DNA from: an uncultured bacterium
GTDB lineage: Bacteria; Patescibacteriota; Minisyncoccia; SW-4-49-11
Assembly: GCA_937864235.1 (NCBI GenBank)
Contig: CALMJI010000018.1
Coordinates: forward strand, 8,939 to 72,938
Length of the DNA: 64,000 nt
Direction: 5' to 3'
Shown here: positions 31,725 to 42,179 of the stretch, piece by piece
Numbering within the stretch: position 1 is the first letter of the stretch
Layout of the letters: each line of letters starts with the position of its first letter
Program-made: the position numbers and the translations under genes
The notes under the pieces: generated by a model
What the model saw: the letters and a program-made list of their open reading frames with translations, nothing else
What the model was told of the DNA's origin: nothing
Database searches by the model: none

Positions 31725-34223
31725 CTAAGATATAATAATAACTATCTTTTTAGCTTGATTAACTATAATTTTTTTGGGAGTATTGGAGTTTAGGATTTGC
31801 TGTACTTTGGGTGAATTTAGAACTTGGGCTTGAATACCATGTTCAGTTGCATCAGCTGAGACTGTAACTATATCTCGCATTTTACCATTAATATGAATTT
31901 GATAATCTATTTTGCTCTGCACTAGTTTTGTCTCATCATATTGAGGCCACTGAGATTGATGTATGCTTGTTGTCTCTCCTAACATTTCCCATAATTCTTC
32001 TGCTAAATGTGGGGCAAATGGAGCTAAGAGCTTGAGGTATTGTTTGATATAATCTATTTGAATATTTTGTTTTTGATAAGAGTTCAAAAATTCCATTAAG
32101 CTACTAATACAGGTATTGTATTTTTGATTATCTATATCTTGAGTTATTTTTTGAATTAAATAGTTAATATCATAGTCTAGCTTATTCTGATCTTGAATCG
32201 GCTCCAGATTATCGGATTTGATATCTTCTACCCATTGATAGACTCTCTTTAAAAATCTACTGCACCCGATTAAGCCTTTGGTGTCCCAAGCAATAGCTTC
32301 ATCGTATGGCCCCATAAACATTTCATAAACTCGCAAGGAGTCAGCACCAAATGATTCTACCATTTCAATTGGATCAACAGTATTACCTTTGGATTTTGAC
32401 ATTTTGACTCCTCCTTCGGCTAAAATCATACCGTGCTTAATTCTGGTCTGATATGGCTCTTGTGTTGGTACTACTCCGATATCATATAAAAATTTATGCC
32501 AAAATCTTGAATACAAGAGATGTACTGTAACATGTTCCATTCCTCCATTATACAAATCTACTGGTAGCCATTCTTGTAGTAAATTTTTATCAGCTAAAAC
32601 CTCGTCATTATTAGGGTCAATATACCTAAGATAATACCAAGAGCTTCCTGCCCAATTTGGCATAGTATCTGTCTCTCGCATTCCCTCTACCCAAGTATTA
32701 TCTGGTCTTGGATTTTGTCTTGAGATTGCCTGTCCTGTAATAATATTATACCAAACTTCCACCCAATCTTTGGCTTGAGCTAAAGGTCCATCTCCTAAGC
32801 CTTGTGGAATATATGACTCAATTTCTGGTAATTCTAATGGTAAATCTGAGATGGCAAGTGGGACTGCATATTGTAATATATCATCTACTTCTCTAGTAAT
32901 TGCTTTTGGGGGTAGGAATTCAGTAATCTCACCTGATAACATTTTATAATCATGCTCACTAATCCATACTATTGGGAATGGTTCGCCCCAATATCTTTGT
33001 CTAGAGAATACCCAATCTCGAAGTTTATATTGAATTTTTTGCTGACCTAGATTCTGATTTGTTAATTCTTGAGTTAATTGTAGTTTAGCTTCGGTTGTAG
33101 ATAAGCTATTATATGACTCTGAGTTCTCTAGGATATTTTGCTCTGTAATGACATTAATAATTTCTAAATTATATTTCTCGGCAAATTCTCTGTCTCGCTC
33201 ATCATGAGCAGGTACCGCCATTACAGCTCCGGTTCCATAATTCATAAGTACATAATCGGCTGTCCAAATTGGGATTTGCTTGCCGGTAAGTGGATGTATT
33301 GCATAGGCTCCCGTAAATACTCCTGTTTTATATTTTTCTTGCTGACGGTCTAAGTCACTTTTGGATTTGGTTTGCTCATGATATTGTTGGACTTGACTCT
33401 GATATTCTGCTGTTGTAATTTTATTCAAAAGTGGGTGCTCAGGGGCTAATACCAAGAATGTCACCCCAAACAAAGTATCTATTCTGGTGGTAAAGACTTC
33501 TACAAATTGAGTTGAGTTAGCAATTTGGAATTTTAATTGCACTCCTTCACTGCGGCCTATCCAATTTCTCTGTTGAGTTTTGATAACTGATAAATAGTCG
33601 ACTGTCTCTAAGTCTTTGTCCAATCTATCTGCATATTTGGTAATAGCTAGCATCCATTGTCTTAATGGAACTCTGGTACAAGGATGTCCTCCTCTCTCGG
33701 ATTTACCGTCTATAACTTCTTCATTGGCAAGGACGGTTTTTAGTTCTTCACACCACCAAACTTGGGTTGTATCCTGATAAGCAAGTCCTGCTTTGAACAT
33801 TTGCAACCAAATCCATTGTGTCCATTTATAATATTTAGGATCAGTGGTGTTTATCTCTCGGCTCCAATCAAAAGACAGTCCCAAAACTGCTAATTGTTTT
33901 TTAAAATTATTTATATTATCTGCAGTAGCTATAGCTGGGGAGATATTATTTTGTATTGCATAATTCTCTGTTGGTAAACCAAAAGCATCCCAACCAATTG
34001 GATATAATACTTGTTGCCCTTGCATACGATACATACGAGCCTTGATATCTTGAGCTACATAACTTCTAATATGCCCTACATGTAATCCTGCACCTGAAGG
34101 GAATGGGAATTCTACTAGAATATATTTTTTATCATCAGAAATCTGTTTATCCAAACTATAGTCTACAAAGCCTTCTGCCCATTTCTGAATCCACTTCTGT
34201 TCAATAATTCTATGATTATACAT
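31725..34223 (-). CDS. leuS: Leucine--tRNA ligase
   Basis: HVGHIRSY (HIGH), VKMSKSKGN, CP1 editing domain; 832 aa. Confidence 0.93.
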   Translation of the reverse strand: MYNHRIIEQKWIQKWAEGFVDYSLDKQISDDKKYILVEFPFPSGAGLHVGHIRSYVAQDIKARMYRMQGQQVLYPIGWDAFGLPTENYAIQNNISPAIATADNINNFKKQLAVLGLSFDWSREINTTDPKYYKWTQWIWLQMFKAGLAYQDTTQVWWCEELKTVLANEEVIDGKSERGGHPCTRVPLRQWMLAITKYADRLDKDLETVDYLSVIKTQQRNWIGRSEGVQLKFQIANSTQFVEVFTTRIDTLFGVTFLVLAPEHPLLNKITTAEYQSQVQQYHEQTKSKSDLDRQQEKYKTGVFTGAYAIHPLTGKQIPIWTADYVLMNYGTGAVMAVPAHDERDREFAEKYNLEIINVITEQNILENSESYNSLSTTEAKLQLTQELTNQNLGQQKIQYKLRDWVFSRQRYWGEPFPIVWISEHDYKMLSGEITEFLPPKAITREVDDILQYAVPLAISDLPLELPEIESYIPQGLGDGPLAQAKDWVEVWYNIITGQAISRQNPRPDNTWVEGMRETDTMPNWAGSSWYYLRYIDPNNDEVLADKNLLQEWLPVDLYNGGMEHVTVHLLYSRFWHKFLYDIGVVPTQEPYQTRIKHGMILAEGGVKMSKSKGNTVDPIEMVESFGADSLRVYEMFMGPYDEAIAWDTKGLIGCSRFLKRVYQWVEDIKSDNLEPIQDQNKLDYDINYLIQKITQDIDNQKYNTCISSLMEFLNSYQKQNIQIDYIKQYLKLLAPFAPHLAEELWEMLGETTSIHQSQWPQYDETKLVQSKIDYQIHINGKMRDIVTVSADATEHGIQAQVLNSPKVQQILNSNTPKKIIVNQAKKIVIIIS

Positions 34224-34274
34224 ATAATAAAAAGTTTAATTATACTATTATAGCATAGTTTTTAATTTTATTAA

Positions 34275-34955
34275 TTATTCAAGTGTAGATTGTGTTGACA
34301 CTCCTGTATTGTAATCATATTCTAATACTACCGCTTGAGAAGGGTTAATATTAAATTTAATGGTGTCTTCAATAGATAGTTTTTGAAAATACTTTAATAT
34401 AGATCGAATACTATCATGATGAGCTACAATCAAGACATTTTCATTTTTCTCTAAAATTGGTAATAAAGTATCCAGTATAAAAAGTTCTACTCTAGCATAT
34501 ACATCTTTGAGACTTTCTACTGAAGGTAAATTTTCTGGCGGAATACTAGCATATCTTCTATCTTGACTAGGGTGGTATCTATGATCTATTGCAATTGGAT
34601 TAGCTGTTTGGTCCCAGCTAGCATTAATCTCATTAATATTAGGATATTTTAAAAGAGCCTCTTGATAAGTTAAGCCTTGTACTGCACCATAATGTCTTGG
34701 GTTTAATCTCCAATCATGAATTTCTTTAATCCAAGAATGATACATACTATTCATTATAGTCCAAGCACTAACAATTGACCTTTCTAAAACTGAGGTTATA
34801 ACTATATCTATATCTGTATTATTATTTATTAATACATTTCCAATAGACTTTAAGACATCTTTTTGCTCCAGTAAAGGTACATCAGCCCAACCTATAAATC
34901 TATTTTCTTGGTCCCATTGACTATCCCCATGTCTTACTAATATAATCTTTGACAT
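34275..34955 (-). CDS. Histidine phosphatase superfamily protein (divergent dPGM-like paralogue)
   Basis: LVRHGDSQWDQENRFIGWADVPL catalytic His motif; second His (HHDSIR) present. Confidence 0.7.
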   Translation of the reverse strand: MSKIILVRHGDSQWDQENRFIGWADVPLLEQKDVLKSIGNVLINNNTDIDIVITSVLERSIVSAWTIMNSMYHSWIKEIHDWRLNPRHYGAVQGLTYQEALLKYPNINEINASWDQTANPIAIDHRYHPSQDRRYASIPPENLPSVESLKDVYARVELFILDTLLPILEKNENVLIVAHHDSIRSILKYFQKLSIEDTIKFNINPSQAVVLEYDYNTGVSTQSTLE

Positions 34956-34958
34956 AAT

Positions 34959-35714
34959 TTATTTTGACTTAAAAATAGACTTTATTTTCTCTAAGAAGGT
35001 AGCTTTTCTGTCTGTACCACCTATAAGATAATATTTATTCAATACTTTCAAAGTATTTTCTTCTAATTCATATACTAATGGATTACCAGTAGGAATCTCA
35101 ATATCTATAATTTTATCATCTGAAATATTCTCCAAAAACTTAAGCATAGCCCTCAAACTATTACCATGAGCAGAAATTATTAGTCTTTTTCCTGATAAAA
35201 TAGCTGGCTTCAATTCCGACTCCCAATACGGTTGCACTCTATCTAGGGTATCTTTAAGAGACTCTCCGATTGGTAATTGCTCTACGGGGATATCATCATA
35301 TCGCTCATCATTGGCAGGATATCTAGAGTCATATTCAGATAATAAAGGTGGTTTAATTGAAAAGGCTCTTCTCCAAACTTTTACCTGATATTCACCAAAT
35401 TCTTCTACTGACTCTGCTTTATTCTTACCTTGTAGTCCTCCATAATGTCTTTCATTAAGATGCCAATCTTTGATGACAGGAATCCAAGTCATATGAGCTC
35501 CCTCTAGTGCATACTGTAAAGTATCTATCGCTCTATCCAACATAGAGGTGTAGGCTATATCAAATACAAATCCATTTTGTAATAAAGTTACTCCTGCTAC
35601 CCTAGCTTCTTGAATGCCAGTCACAGACAATTCTACATCAGTCCAACCAGTAAACTTATCTAGTTGATTCCAGACACTTTCTCCATGCCTCATTAGAACT
35701 AATGTATAGGCCAT
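34959..35714 (-). CDS. gpmA: 2,3-bisphosphoglycerate-dependent phosphoglycerate mutase
   Basis: LMRHGESVWNQLDKFTGWTDVELS and SAHGNSLRA motifs; 251 aa. Confidence 0.85.
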   Translation of the reverse strand: MAYTLVLMRHGESVWNQLDKFTGWTDVELSVTGIQEARVAGVTLLQNGFVFDIAYTSMLDRAIDTLQYALEGAHMTWIPVIKDWHLNERHYGGLQGKNKAESVEEFGEYQVKVWRRAFSIKPPLLSEYDSRYPANDERYDDIPVEQLPIGESLKDTLDRVQPYWESELKPAILSGKRLIISAHGNSLRAMLKFLENISDDKIIDIEIPTGNPLVYELEENTLKVLNKYYLIGGTDRKATFLEKIKSIFKSK

Positions 35715-35716
35715 AA

Positions 35717-36790
35717 TTATTCTTCATCTGAATTAGGAATGACACTATCGTCTACATCTGAAGTATCCATATTAGCATCTTCTTTAGCTAATACTTCTTT
35801 ATATAATTTATCCAATGTCTCTGGATTATCTCTAAGAGACTTACGAGCCGACTCTAATCCTTGCCCTATAGTATTACCTTCTAAATCTTGAATATAAGTT
35901 CCTTTCTTTTTAAGAACACCAACTTTAAGAGCTAAATTAATCAAATCTGTCTCTAGGGAAACCCCCTCATTATACATAATATCAAACTCTGCAACTTTGA
36001 AAGGAGCTGCAACTTTATTTTTTACAATCTTAGCTTTTGTTCTTGCTCCAATTACTTCTTCTCCTTTTTTGATCTGAGCCACTCGTTTAATCTCTATTCT
36101 AACAGAGGCATAAAATTTCAAAGCTTTACCTCCTGGTGTTTCAACTGGACTACCATACCCCATAGCTCCAATCTTCATACGAGTTTGGTTAGTGAATATA
36201 ATAGTAGTATTAGCTTTAGCAGATATAGCTGTCAACTTACGTAGAGCTTGTGACATTAACCTAGCTTGAATAGCTACATGAGAGTCTCCCATATCTCCTT
36301 CTATTTCCGCTTTAGGCACTATAGCTGCCACAGAGTCAAGAACAATAATATCTACATTGCCTGAATGCACTAAAGCTTCTACAATTGACAAAGCTTCTTC
36401 TCCAGTGTTAGGCTGAGAAATTAACAAATCGTCAGTATTTACTTTGAGCTTTTTGGCATATTCAGGATCTAGAGCATGCTCTGTATCAATAAATGCAGCA
36501 ACTCCACCTTCTTTTTGAGCATTCGCGATTACTTGTAAACAAATTGTAGTTTTACCACTAGATTCTGGTCCATAAATTTCTATAATTCTACCTTGAGGCA
36601 TCCCTCCAATACCAAGAGCTCTATCAAGAGAAATTGAACCAGTCGAATAAGCTTTGATATCAACTTTCTTGACATCTCCTAACTTCATCATTGACTCATC
36701 TCCGAATTTACTTTTAATATCTTCTAAGACTGATTGTATTTTCTCATTTTTACTAATCTTATCTGTGGATTTAGATTTATTCTTTGCCAT
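35717..36790 (-). CDS. recA: Recombinase RecA
   Basis: GPESSGKTT Walker A; L1/L2 loops; 357 aa. Confidence 0.95.
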   Translation of the reverse strand: MAKNKSKSTDKISKNEKIQSVLEDIKSKFGDESMMKLGDVKKVDIKAYSTGSISLDRALGIGGMPQGRIIEIYGPESSGKTTICLQVIANAQKEGGVAAFIDTEHALDPEYAKKLKVNTDDLLISQPNTGEEALSIVEALVHSGNVDIIVLDSVAAIVPKAEIEGDMGDSHVAIQARLMSQALRKLTAISAKANTTIIFTNQTRMKIGAMGYGSPVETPGGKALKFYASVRIEIKRVAQIKKGEEVIGARTKAKIVKNKVAAPFKVAEFDIMYNEGVSLETDLINLALKVGVLKKKGTYIQDLEGNTIGQGLESARKSLRDNPETLDKLYKEVLAKEDANMDTSDVDDSVIPNSDEE

Positions 36791-36856
36791 ATTACTTCTT
36801 ATTTAATATTAAATTAATTATATCATATAAATGATTTACCTTCAAATATTAAAAAT

Positions 36857-37717
36857 TTATCCCTGAAATCCGTATTCTAGAGCTGATTTACCTAATATAT
36901 AAATTTTTTCTCTTTTAGAGGTTCTTGCTCTTTTGGTCAAAACATCATAATTATTTTGCTCAATCTTATCTAGAATAGCTTCATACATACGGCTGGCCAT
37001 AATTACTGCAAATCTACCTCTTTTATTGAGATATTTGAGACCACTATCAGACTGTCTATACAAATTTCTAGCTCTTTTGATTTCAAATTTTATTAATTTT
37101 ATAAAATCTGCATTAATTTTATTATCTCTGATATTATTTTCTGTTACATTATATTTATGCATATCTTCTTGTGGCAAATAGATTCTTCCCCTTTCTTTAT
37201 AATCCTCTCCAATATCTCGAATAAAATTAGTTAATTGCATTGCCTCCCCCAAATATGGGGCATATTCCAGAGCTTTGATATTATTAAACCCAATTATATA
37301 ACTCATCATCAATCCTACCACTGAGGCTGAACCATACATATATGCTTGCAAGTCGGCATAGGTTTGATATCTATTCGTATACACATCCTGCTTCATAGCT
37401 GTAAGAAAATCCAGACTATATTGATAGGGAATTTCATATTTCCTAAAGACCTCAGCCGTAATATTCAAAACCGGATATTTTGTCTTATCCCCTGCATAGG
37501 CTTGATGCCACATTGCTTCCCAATCCTCTAACTCTTGTAATATGGCTTCTGGATTTTGGTTAATAGCATTATCTACAATTTCATCTGGAATACGAAAAAA
37601 ACTATATAAAGCATAAGTGGCTTGCCTTAAATTCATAGGCAAAAATCTAGTTGCAAAATAATAACTAGTCCCAAATTGCTTGGTGACAGCTTCTACTGCT
37701 TGAGTGTATTTGTCCAT
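36857..37717 (-). CDS. Squalene/phytoene synthase family enzyme (CrtB/HpnD-like)
   Basis: Two Asp-rich motifs (FRIPDEIVD; RDIGEDYKERGRIYLP) and YMYGSASVVG substrate-binding block. Confidence 0.75.
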   Translation of the reverse strand: MDKYTQAVEAVTKQFGTSYYFATRFLPMNLRQATYALYSFFRIPDEIVDNAINQNPEAILQELEDWEAMWHQAYAGDKTKYPVLNITAEVFRKYEIPYQYSLDFLTAMKQDVYTNRYQTYADLQAYMYGSASVVGLMMSYIIGFNNIKALEYAPYLGEAMQLTNFIRDIGEDYKERGRIYLPQEDMHKYNVTENNIRDNKINADFIKLIKFEIKRARNLYRQSDSGLKYLNKRGRFAVIMASRMYEAILDKIEQNNYDVLTKRARTSKREKIYILGKSALEYGFQG

Positions 37718-37721
37718 ATTT

Positions 37722-38783
37722 TTAATAACCTCTATTCTCTATATATTGAATCAGTGAATTGAGCGCTAATTTAGTCTCGGGAGTAATATGTTGTTCTGTG
37801 GCTGTGATATTCTTAGCCTGTTCCAAATACTTATTTACTTTATCTCTAGTATAATCAAGAGCTCCGGTCTTTTGGAAAATCTCTATAATTTGAGCTTGGT
37901 CATTATCTGTAATATTAGGATTGCCCCAATATTTTTTTAATTCTTGTATATCTTTAGCATTAGCATTTTCTAAGACATATTGGGTTAAAAAGGTATGTTG
38001 ATGTTCTCTTATATCTGATAAAATAGATTTTTTAATAACCTTAGGATCAGCAATAATATCTAAAATATCATCCTGAGTTTGGAATGCAAGTCCCAAAGCT
38101 GTACCAAAATCCACACAGAATTTCAAAAGCTCTTTTTGCTTCCCAGCCAGAGTCACTCCTATTTGCATTGGTCTTACAAAGGTATACCCAGCGGTTTTGA
38201 GTCTCATCTTAGTCTCCACCAAGCTCATATCAATAGCCTCTCTGGTAATAACATTAACATCTATCATCTGGCCTATAGCCACCTCATCTATCATCTGATA
38301 AAATACCTTCCAAGCCTCAGCATAATTTGGCAAATGATTAAATTGATGGAATCTACCAATAGCCCATGAGAATAGCAAATCTCCTACTAATATAGCCTGA
38401 GAATGACCATAGTGTATTCTATTAGCAACATTTCTATGATTGTCGTGCATACCCTTGGAGACAAAAGTATGTAGGGTATCTACTCGATGCCTCATCTTAC
38501 CCTCATCAATAACATCATCATGTATTAAAGCAAAAGCATGAAAGATTTCCAATGAGACTAATAAGTCCATTATTTCTTCCCTATTATCACAACCTAAAGT
38601 TTCATACAAGGTATATGCCATATAAGGCCGTATACATTTACCTCCTCCAATAATAGATTTAGCATAATTGATAATTTTTAAAATTTCTGCATCTTGAGTA
38701 TATACAGCATATTCCTCAAATTTAGACTCAATAGCTTTTGCTAATACAGACTGAAATGCAGTCTTAAATTCAACTATATTCAT
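37722..38783 (-). CDS. Polyprenyl (isoprenyl) diphosphate synthase
   Basis: First and second DDxxD motifs (LIHDDVID; FQTQDDILD). Confidence 0.85.
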   Translation of the reverse strand: MNIVEFKTAFQSVLAKAIESKFEEYAVYTQDAEILKIINYAKSIIGGGKCIRPYMAYTLYETLGCDNREEIMDLLVSLEIFHAFALIHDDVIDEGKMRHRVDTLHTFVSKGMHDNHRNVANRIHYGHSQAILVGDLLFSWAIGRFHQFNHLPNYAEAWKVFYQMIDEVAIGQMIDVNVITREAIDMSLVETKMRLKTAGYTFVRPMQIGVTLAGKQKELLKFCVDFGTALGLAFQTQDDILDIIADPKVIKKSILSDIREHQHTFLTQYVLENANAKDIQELKKYWGNPNITDNDQAQIIEIFQKTGALDYTRDKVNKYLEQAKNITATEQHITPETKLALNSLIQYIENRGY

Positions 38784-38846
38784 ATTTAACTAAGGGTATA
38801 ATTTATCAAGTTTTATTTATTTTATACTATATTTGTAATCTTTACA

Positions 38847-38871
38847 ATAAAAACCGGGAATACCGGCTTTT
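38847..38871 (-). terminator. Rho-independent terminator downstream of the 79-aa gene
   Basis: Read on the minus strand: CCGG-tattc-CCGG stem-loop followed by T5, flanked by an A-run. Confidence 0.45.
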
Positions 38872-38898
38872 ACTGTAACAAAACTAAAACAAATTTTA

Positions 38899-39138
38899 CT
38901 ATTTCTTATCTTCTTGTAATTTTTGAAGTTCTTCTTGTTGCTGCTTCTGTTGTTGTTCTTGCTTATACTCTTGATATGAAGTTAATCCCAAATATGACAA
39001 TGCGAATAGAACTTGATACAGAACTAAAGTAACTGTAACCAAAATTACCATTGCTTTTAATGCATAACGGGTTATAATCTCAGTCTTATAAATAAACTCT
39101 TTGTGACTTGGATGCTTTTCTAATAGTTTTTTACTCAT
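38899..39138 (-). CDS. Small membrane protein with a Q/E-rich C-terminal tail
   Basis: One TM (AMVILVTVTLVLYQVLFALSYL) followed by QEYKQEQQQKQQQEELQKLQEDKK. Confidence 0.45.
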   Translation of the reverse strand: MSKKLLEKHPSHKEFIYKTEIITRYALKAMVILVTVTLVLYQVLFALSYLGLTSYQEYKQEQQQKQQQEELQKLQEDKK

Positions 39139-39278
39139 ATTTATAATATATTAATTATTATAAATTAATTATATCACATTTTATATTTTTTGTCCAATAA
39201 AAAATTCACTGTATATACAAAACACAAAATATAAGTTATAATATATATAATAATGATAGTAATTTAATTATAAAATAT

Positions 39279-39740
39279 ATGTCCTATGGTAAACTAAGGA
39301 AAAATGTACTGGCAATCATATTTGATAAAGATGGAAATGTATTAATTGTCTCCAGAGCCAATGATCCTCTACATTGGCAATTTCCCCAAGGTGGGGTGAA
39401 TGAAAATGAGACTAATGAAGAAGCTATTATTAGAGAATTAGGAGAAGAACTAAATACTACAGACTTTACAATTTTAGATAAATGTCCCGAAAAACACACC
39501 TTTTATTTCCCTAAAAGATTGATTAGAGATGAGAATTTGGGACAAAAACAAACCATTATATTGTTAAGATTCAATGGGAGCACTCAATCAATAAGAGTTG
39601 ACCGTCGTGAATTGGGTGGATTTTTGTGGGTTTCACAAGCACAAATTGGAAAGTTTTTACACGAGTATCGTAAGCCAGTCTGGTATATTGTAATGAAATA
39701 CTTTTCACCAGAAAAAATAACCGAATTGCTTAATAATTAA
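39279..39740 (+). CDS. Nudix hydrolase
   Basis: Nudix box GGVNENETNEEAIIRELGEELN. Confidence 0.85.
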   Translation: MSYGKLRKNVLAIIFDKDGNVLIVSRANDPLHWQFPQGGVNENETNEEAIIRELGEELNTTDFTILDKCPEKHTFYFPKRLIRDENLGQKQTIILLRFNGSTQSIRVDRRELGGFLWVSQAQIGKFLHEYRKPVWYIVMKYFSPEKITELLNN

Positions 39741-39745
39741 ATACC

Positions 39746-40960
39746 ATGTATCAGTCTAACCTCATCTCCAAAACTAGAAAACAAATTTCTCAAACAGAAG
39801 AGTCTTTGAATGCACAAATACTCATAAAATCTGGATATATCGAACAAGTTATGGCTGGGGTATATGCTTATTTACCTCTAGGATATAAAGTATTAAAAAA
39901 TATTGAGCAAATAGTTAGAGAAGAACTCAATAAAATATCTGCACAGGAGCTGCTCTTGCCTGCACTACACCCAAAATCTTATTGGGAGAAAACTGGAAGA
40001 TGGGAGAGTTTAGATGTATTATATAGATTTAAATCTTATTATACTTCTACCGAATTAGCTTTAGGATCTACTCACGAGGAAATTATTACTCCAATTGCTA
40101 AGAATTTTATTCAATCATATCAAGATTTACCCTTTGCTACTTATCAAATTCAAACTAAATTTAGGGATGAAAAAAGAGCAAAGTCTGGAATTTTGAGAGG
40201 TAGAGAGTTTATTATGAAAGATTTATATTCATTCCACAGCTCAACTGATGATTTGGATAAATATTATGAACTAGTAACTCAAGCATATCTGAATATCTAT
40301 AAAAGACTTGGAATAGGAGATATTACTCTTAAGACTTATGCTTCTGGAGGAACATTTAGTAAGTATTCACACGAGTTCCAAACTATATCAGATATTGGAG
40401 AGGATACTATTTTTGTGTGCGAGAAATGTAATATTGCAATTAATAAAGAAATTATCGAAGAACAAAAAACTTGTCCAGAATGTGATAATTCTGACTTGAT
40501 TCAAAAACAGTCTATTGAAGTTGGAAATATATTTAAATTACAGACTAAATATTCTGAAGCTTTTGATTTGGAATTTACTGATGAGAGTGGGGTAAATAAA
40601 CCCGTTATTATGGGATGTTATGGAATTGGAATCTCTCGATTAATGGGGACTTTAGTAGAAGTCTTTGCCGTGAATGAATCTAAAATGTTATGGCCAGAAT
40701 CTGTTGGTCCATTTGATATACATTTAATAACTCTTAATACAGACTCTGAGGAAGTGGTCAAAAAATCAGAAGAATTATATATTATGTTGCAGAAAGAAGG
40801 GAAAGATGTCTTATTTGACAATAGAAATGAAAGACCTGGTATAAAATTTGCAGAAGCAGATTTAATTGGAATTAATAAAAGAATTATTATTAGTTCCAAA
40901 ACCATAGCCCAGAATGGAGTAGAGATTGATGGACAAATAATTCCATTCGACAAAATATAA
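39746..40960 (+). CDS. proS: Proline--tRNA ligase (compact form lacking the editing insertion)
   Basis: ProS N-terminus (ILIKSGYIEQVMAGVYAYLPLGYKVLKNIEQIVREE); class II motifs; CxxC...CxxC zinc motif; 404 aa. Confidence 0.8.
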   Translation: MYQSNLISKTRKQISQTEESLNAQILIKSGYIEQVMAGVYAYLPLGYKVLKNIEQIVREELNKISAQELLLPALHPKSYWEKTGRWESLDVLYRFKSYYTSTELALGSTHEEIITPIAKNFIQSYQDLPFATYQIQTKFRDEKRAKSGILRGREFIMKDLYSFHSSTDDLDKYYELVTQAYLNIYKRLGIGDITLKTYASGGTFSKYSHEFQTISDIGEDTIFVCEKCNIAINKEIIEEQKTCPECDNSDLIQKQSIEVGNIFKLQTKYSEAFDLEFTDESGVNKPVIMGCYGIGISRLMGTLVEVFAVNESKMLWPESVGPFDIHLITLNTDSEEVVKKSEELYIMLQKEGKDVLFDNRNERPGIKFAEADLIGINKRIIISSKTIAQNGVEIDGQIIPFDKI

Positions 40961-40980
40961 AGTAATCTATCTTATATATT

Positions 40981-42162
40981 CTACTTAGATTTAATAATCT
41001 CTATTGCTTTATCTAGTTGTGGATCTTTTTCTGCCTTAATATCATCAGATGTTAACTTGATTTCAAAATCTGGCTTAATACCCTCTTTATTAATAGCTAG
41101 TCCCGATGGGGTCACCCATTCTGCAATAGTATATTTTAAGACTGAACCATCAGCAAATTCTTTGGTACTTTGAACTAACCCTTTACCAAAAGTCTGCTCT
41201 CCTACCAATTTCACATCTTTTATATCTCTTAAAGCCCCAGCTACTATTTCAGAAGCACTGGCTGAGCCTTGATTAACTAATAAGACTAGTTTTATATCTT
41301 CATATTTAGGATTCTTCTTTGTTTTTAATTCTTTCACCATATCAGACTCTTTACCTTTTTCTATAACTGCTATTGATCCTTTTGGTGTAAATAGCTCCAC
41401 TACTTCTACGGCTGATTGTAAATATCCTCCAGGATTATTTCTTAAATCTAAAACTATCTCATCGATTCCCTTTTCTTTTAATTTTGATATCTCTAAATCT
41501 AATTCACTAGCTGTTTCTAACTGAAATTGAGACATAGCTATAACCCCAACTCCATCTTTTTCTTCCACTTCAATATTTGGGACATCTATAATATCCCGAA
41601 TAATCTTAAATTCTAATAAATCTGACTCCCCCTCACGTGCAATTTCTAATTTAACTTCTGTTCCTTTTTCTCCTCTAATTTTAGTGACAGCCTTCTCTAC
41701 ACTCAATCCAAATGTACTTTCTCCATTTATGGAAACTATAGCATCTCTTGGCAATAATCCAGCCTTACTAGCTGGAGTACCTTCAATTGGACTGACAACT
41801 ATTAACTGATCTTCTCTTAAACCAATTTCTGCTCCAATCCCTTGAAATTGACCCTCCAAACTTTCAGAAAAATCGCTATATTCTTTTTGTGATAAATACA
41901 CAGTATATGGATCTTCTAGAGATTCTACCAAACCTTTAATTGCACCCAACTCTGCTTCTGATTTATTGTTTATCTTATCTGGATAAAGATATTCTTTTTG
42001 TAAGAAATCATATACTTTTTGTAAAGAAGCTGTATTTACACCATTTGAAGTAGGATTATTTTGAGAAATGAAGCTATAAACATAATCTTGGAAATAAAAA
42101 CCTCCCAATACAAAAGATATTATTAAAAGAATAGCTGTAAATACAAAGTTAGAAAATTTCAT
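40981..42162 (-). CDS. ctpA: Carboxyl-terminal processing protease (S41, CtpA-like) with PDZ domain
   Basis: N-terminal TM; PDZ; S41 catalytic region (NQGSASASEIVAGALRD). Confidence 0.85.
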   Translation of the reverse strand: MKFSNFVFTAILLIISFVLGGFYFQDYVYSFISQNNPTSNGVNTASLQKVYDFLQKEYLYPDKINNKSEAELGAIKGLVESLEDPYTVYLSQKEYSDFSESLEGQFQGIGAEIGLREDQLIVVSPIEGTPASKAGLLPRDAIVSINGESTFGLSVEKAVTKIRGEKGTEVKLEIAREGESDLLEFKIIRDIIDVPNIEVEEKDGVGVIAMSQFQLETASELDLEISKLKEKGIDEIVLDLRNNPGGYLQSAVEVVELFTPKGSIAVIEKGKESDMVKELKTKKNPKYEDIKLVLLVNQGSASASEIVAGALRDIKDVKLVGEQTFGKGLVQSTKEFADGSVLKYTIAEWVTPSGLAINKEGIKPDFEIKLTSDDIKAEKDPQLDKAIEIIKSK

Positions 42163-42179
42163 AGTATATTAGAGATTAA

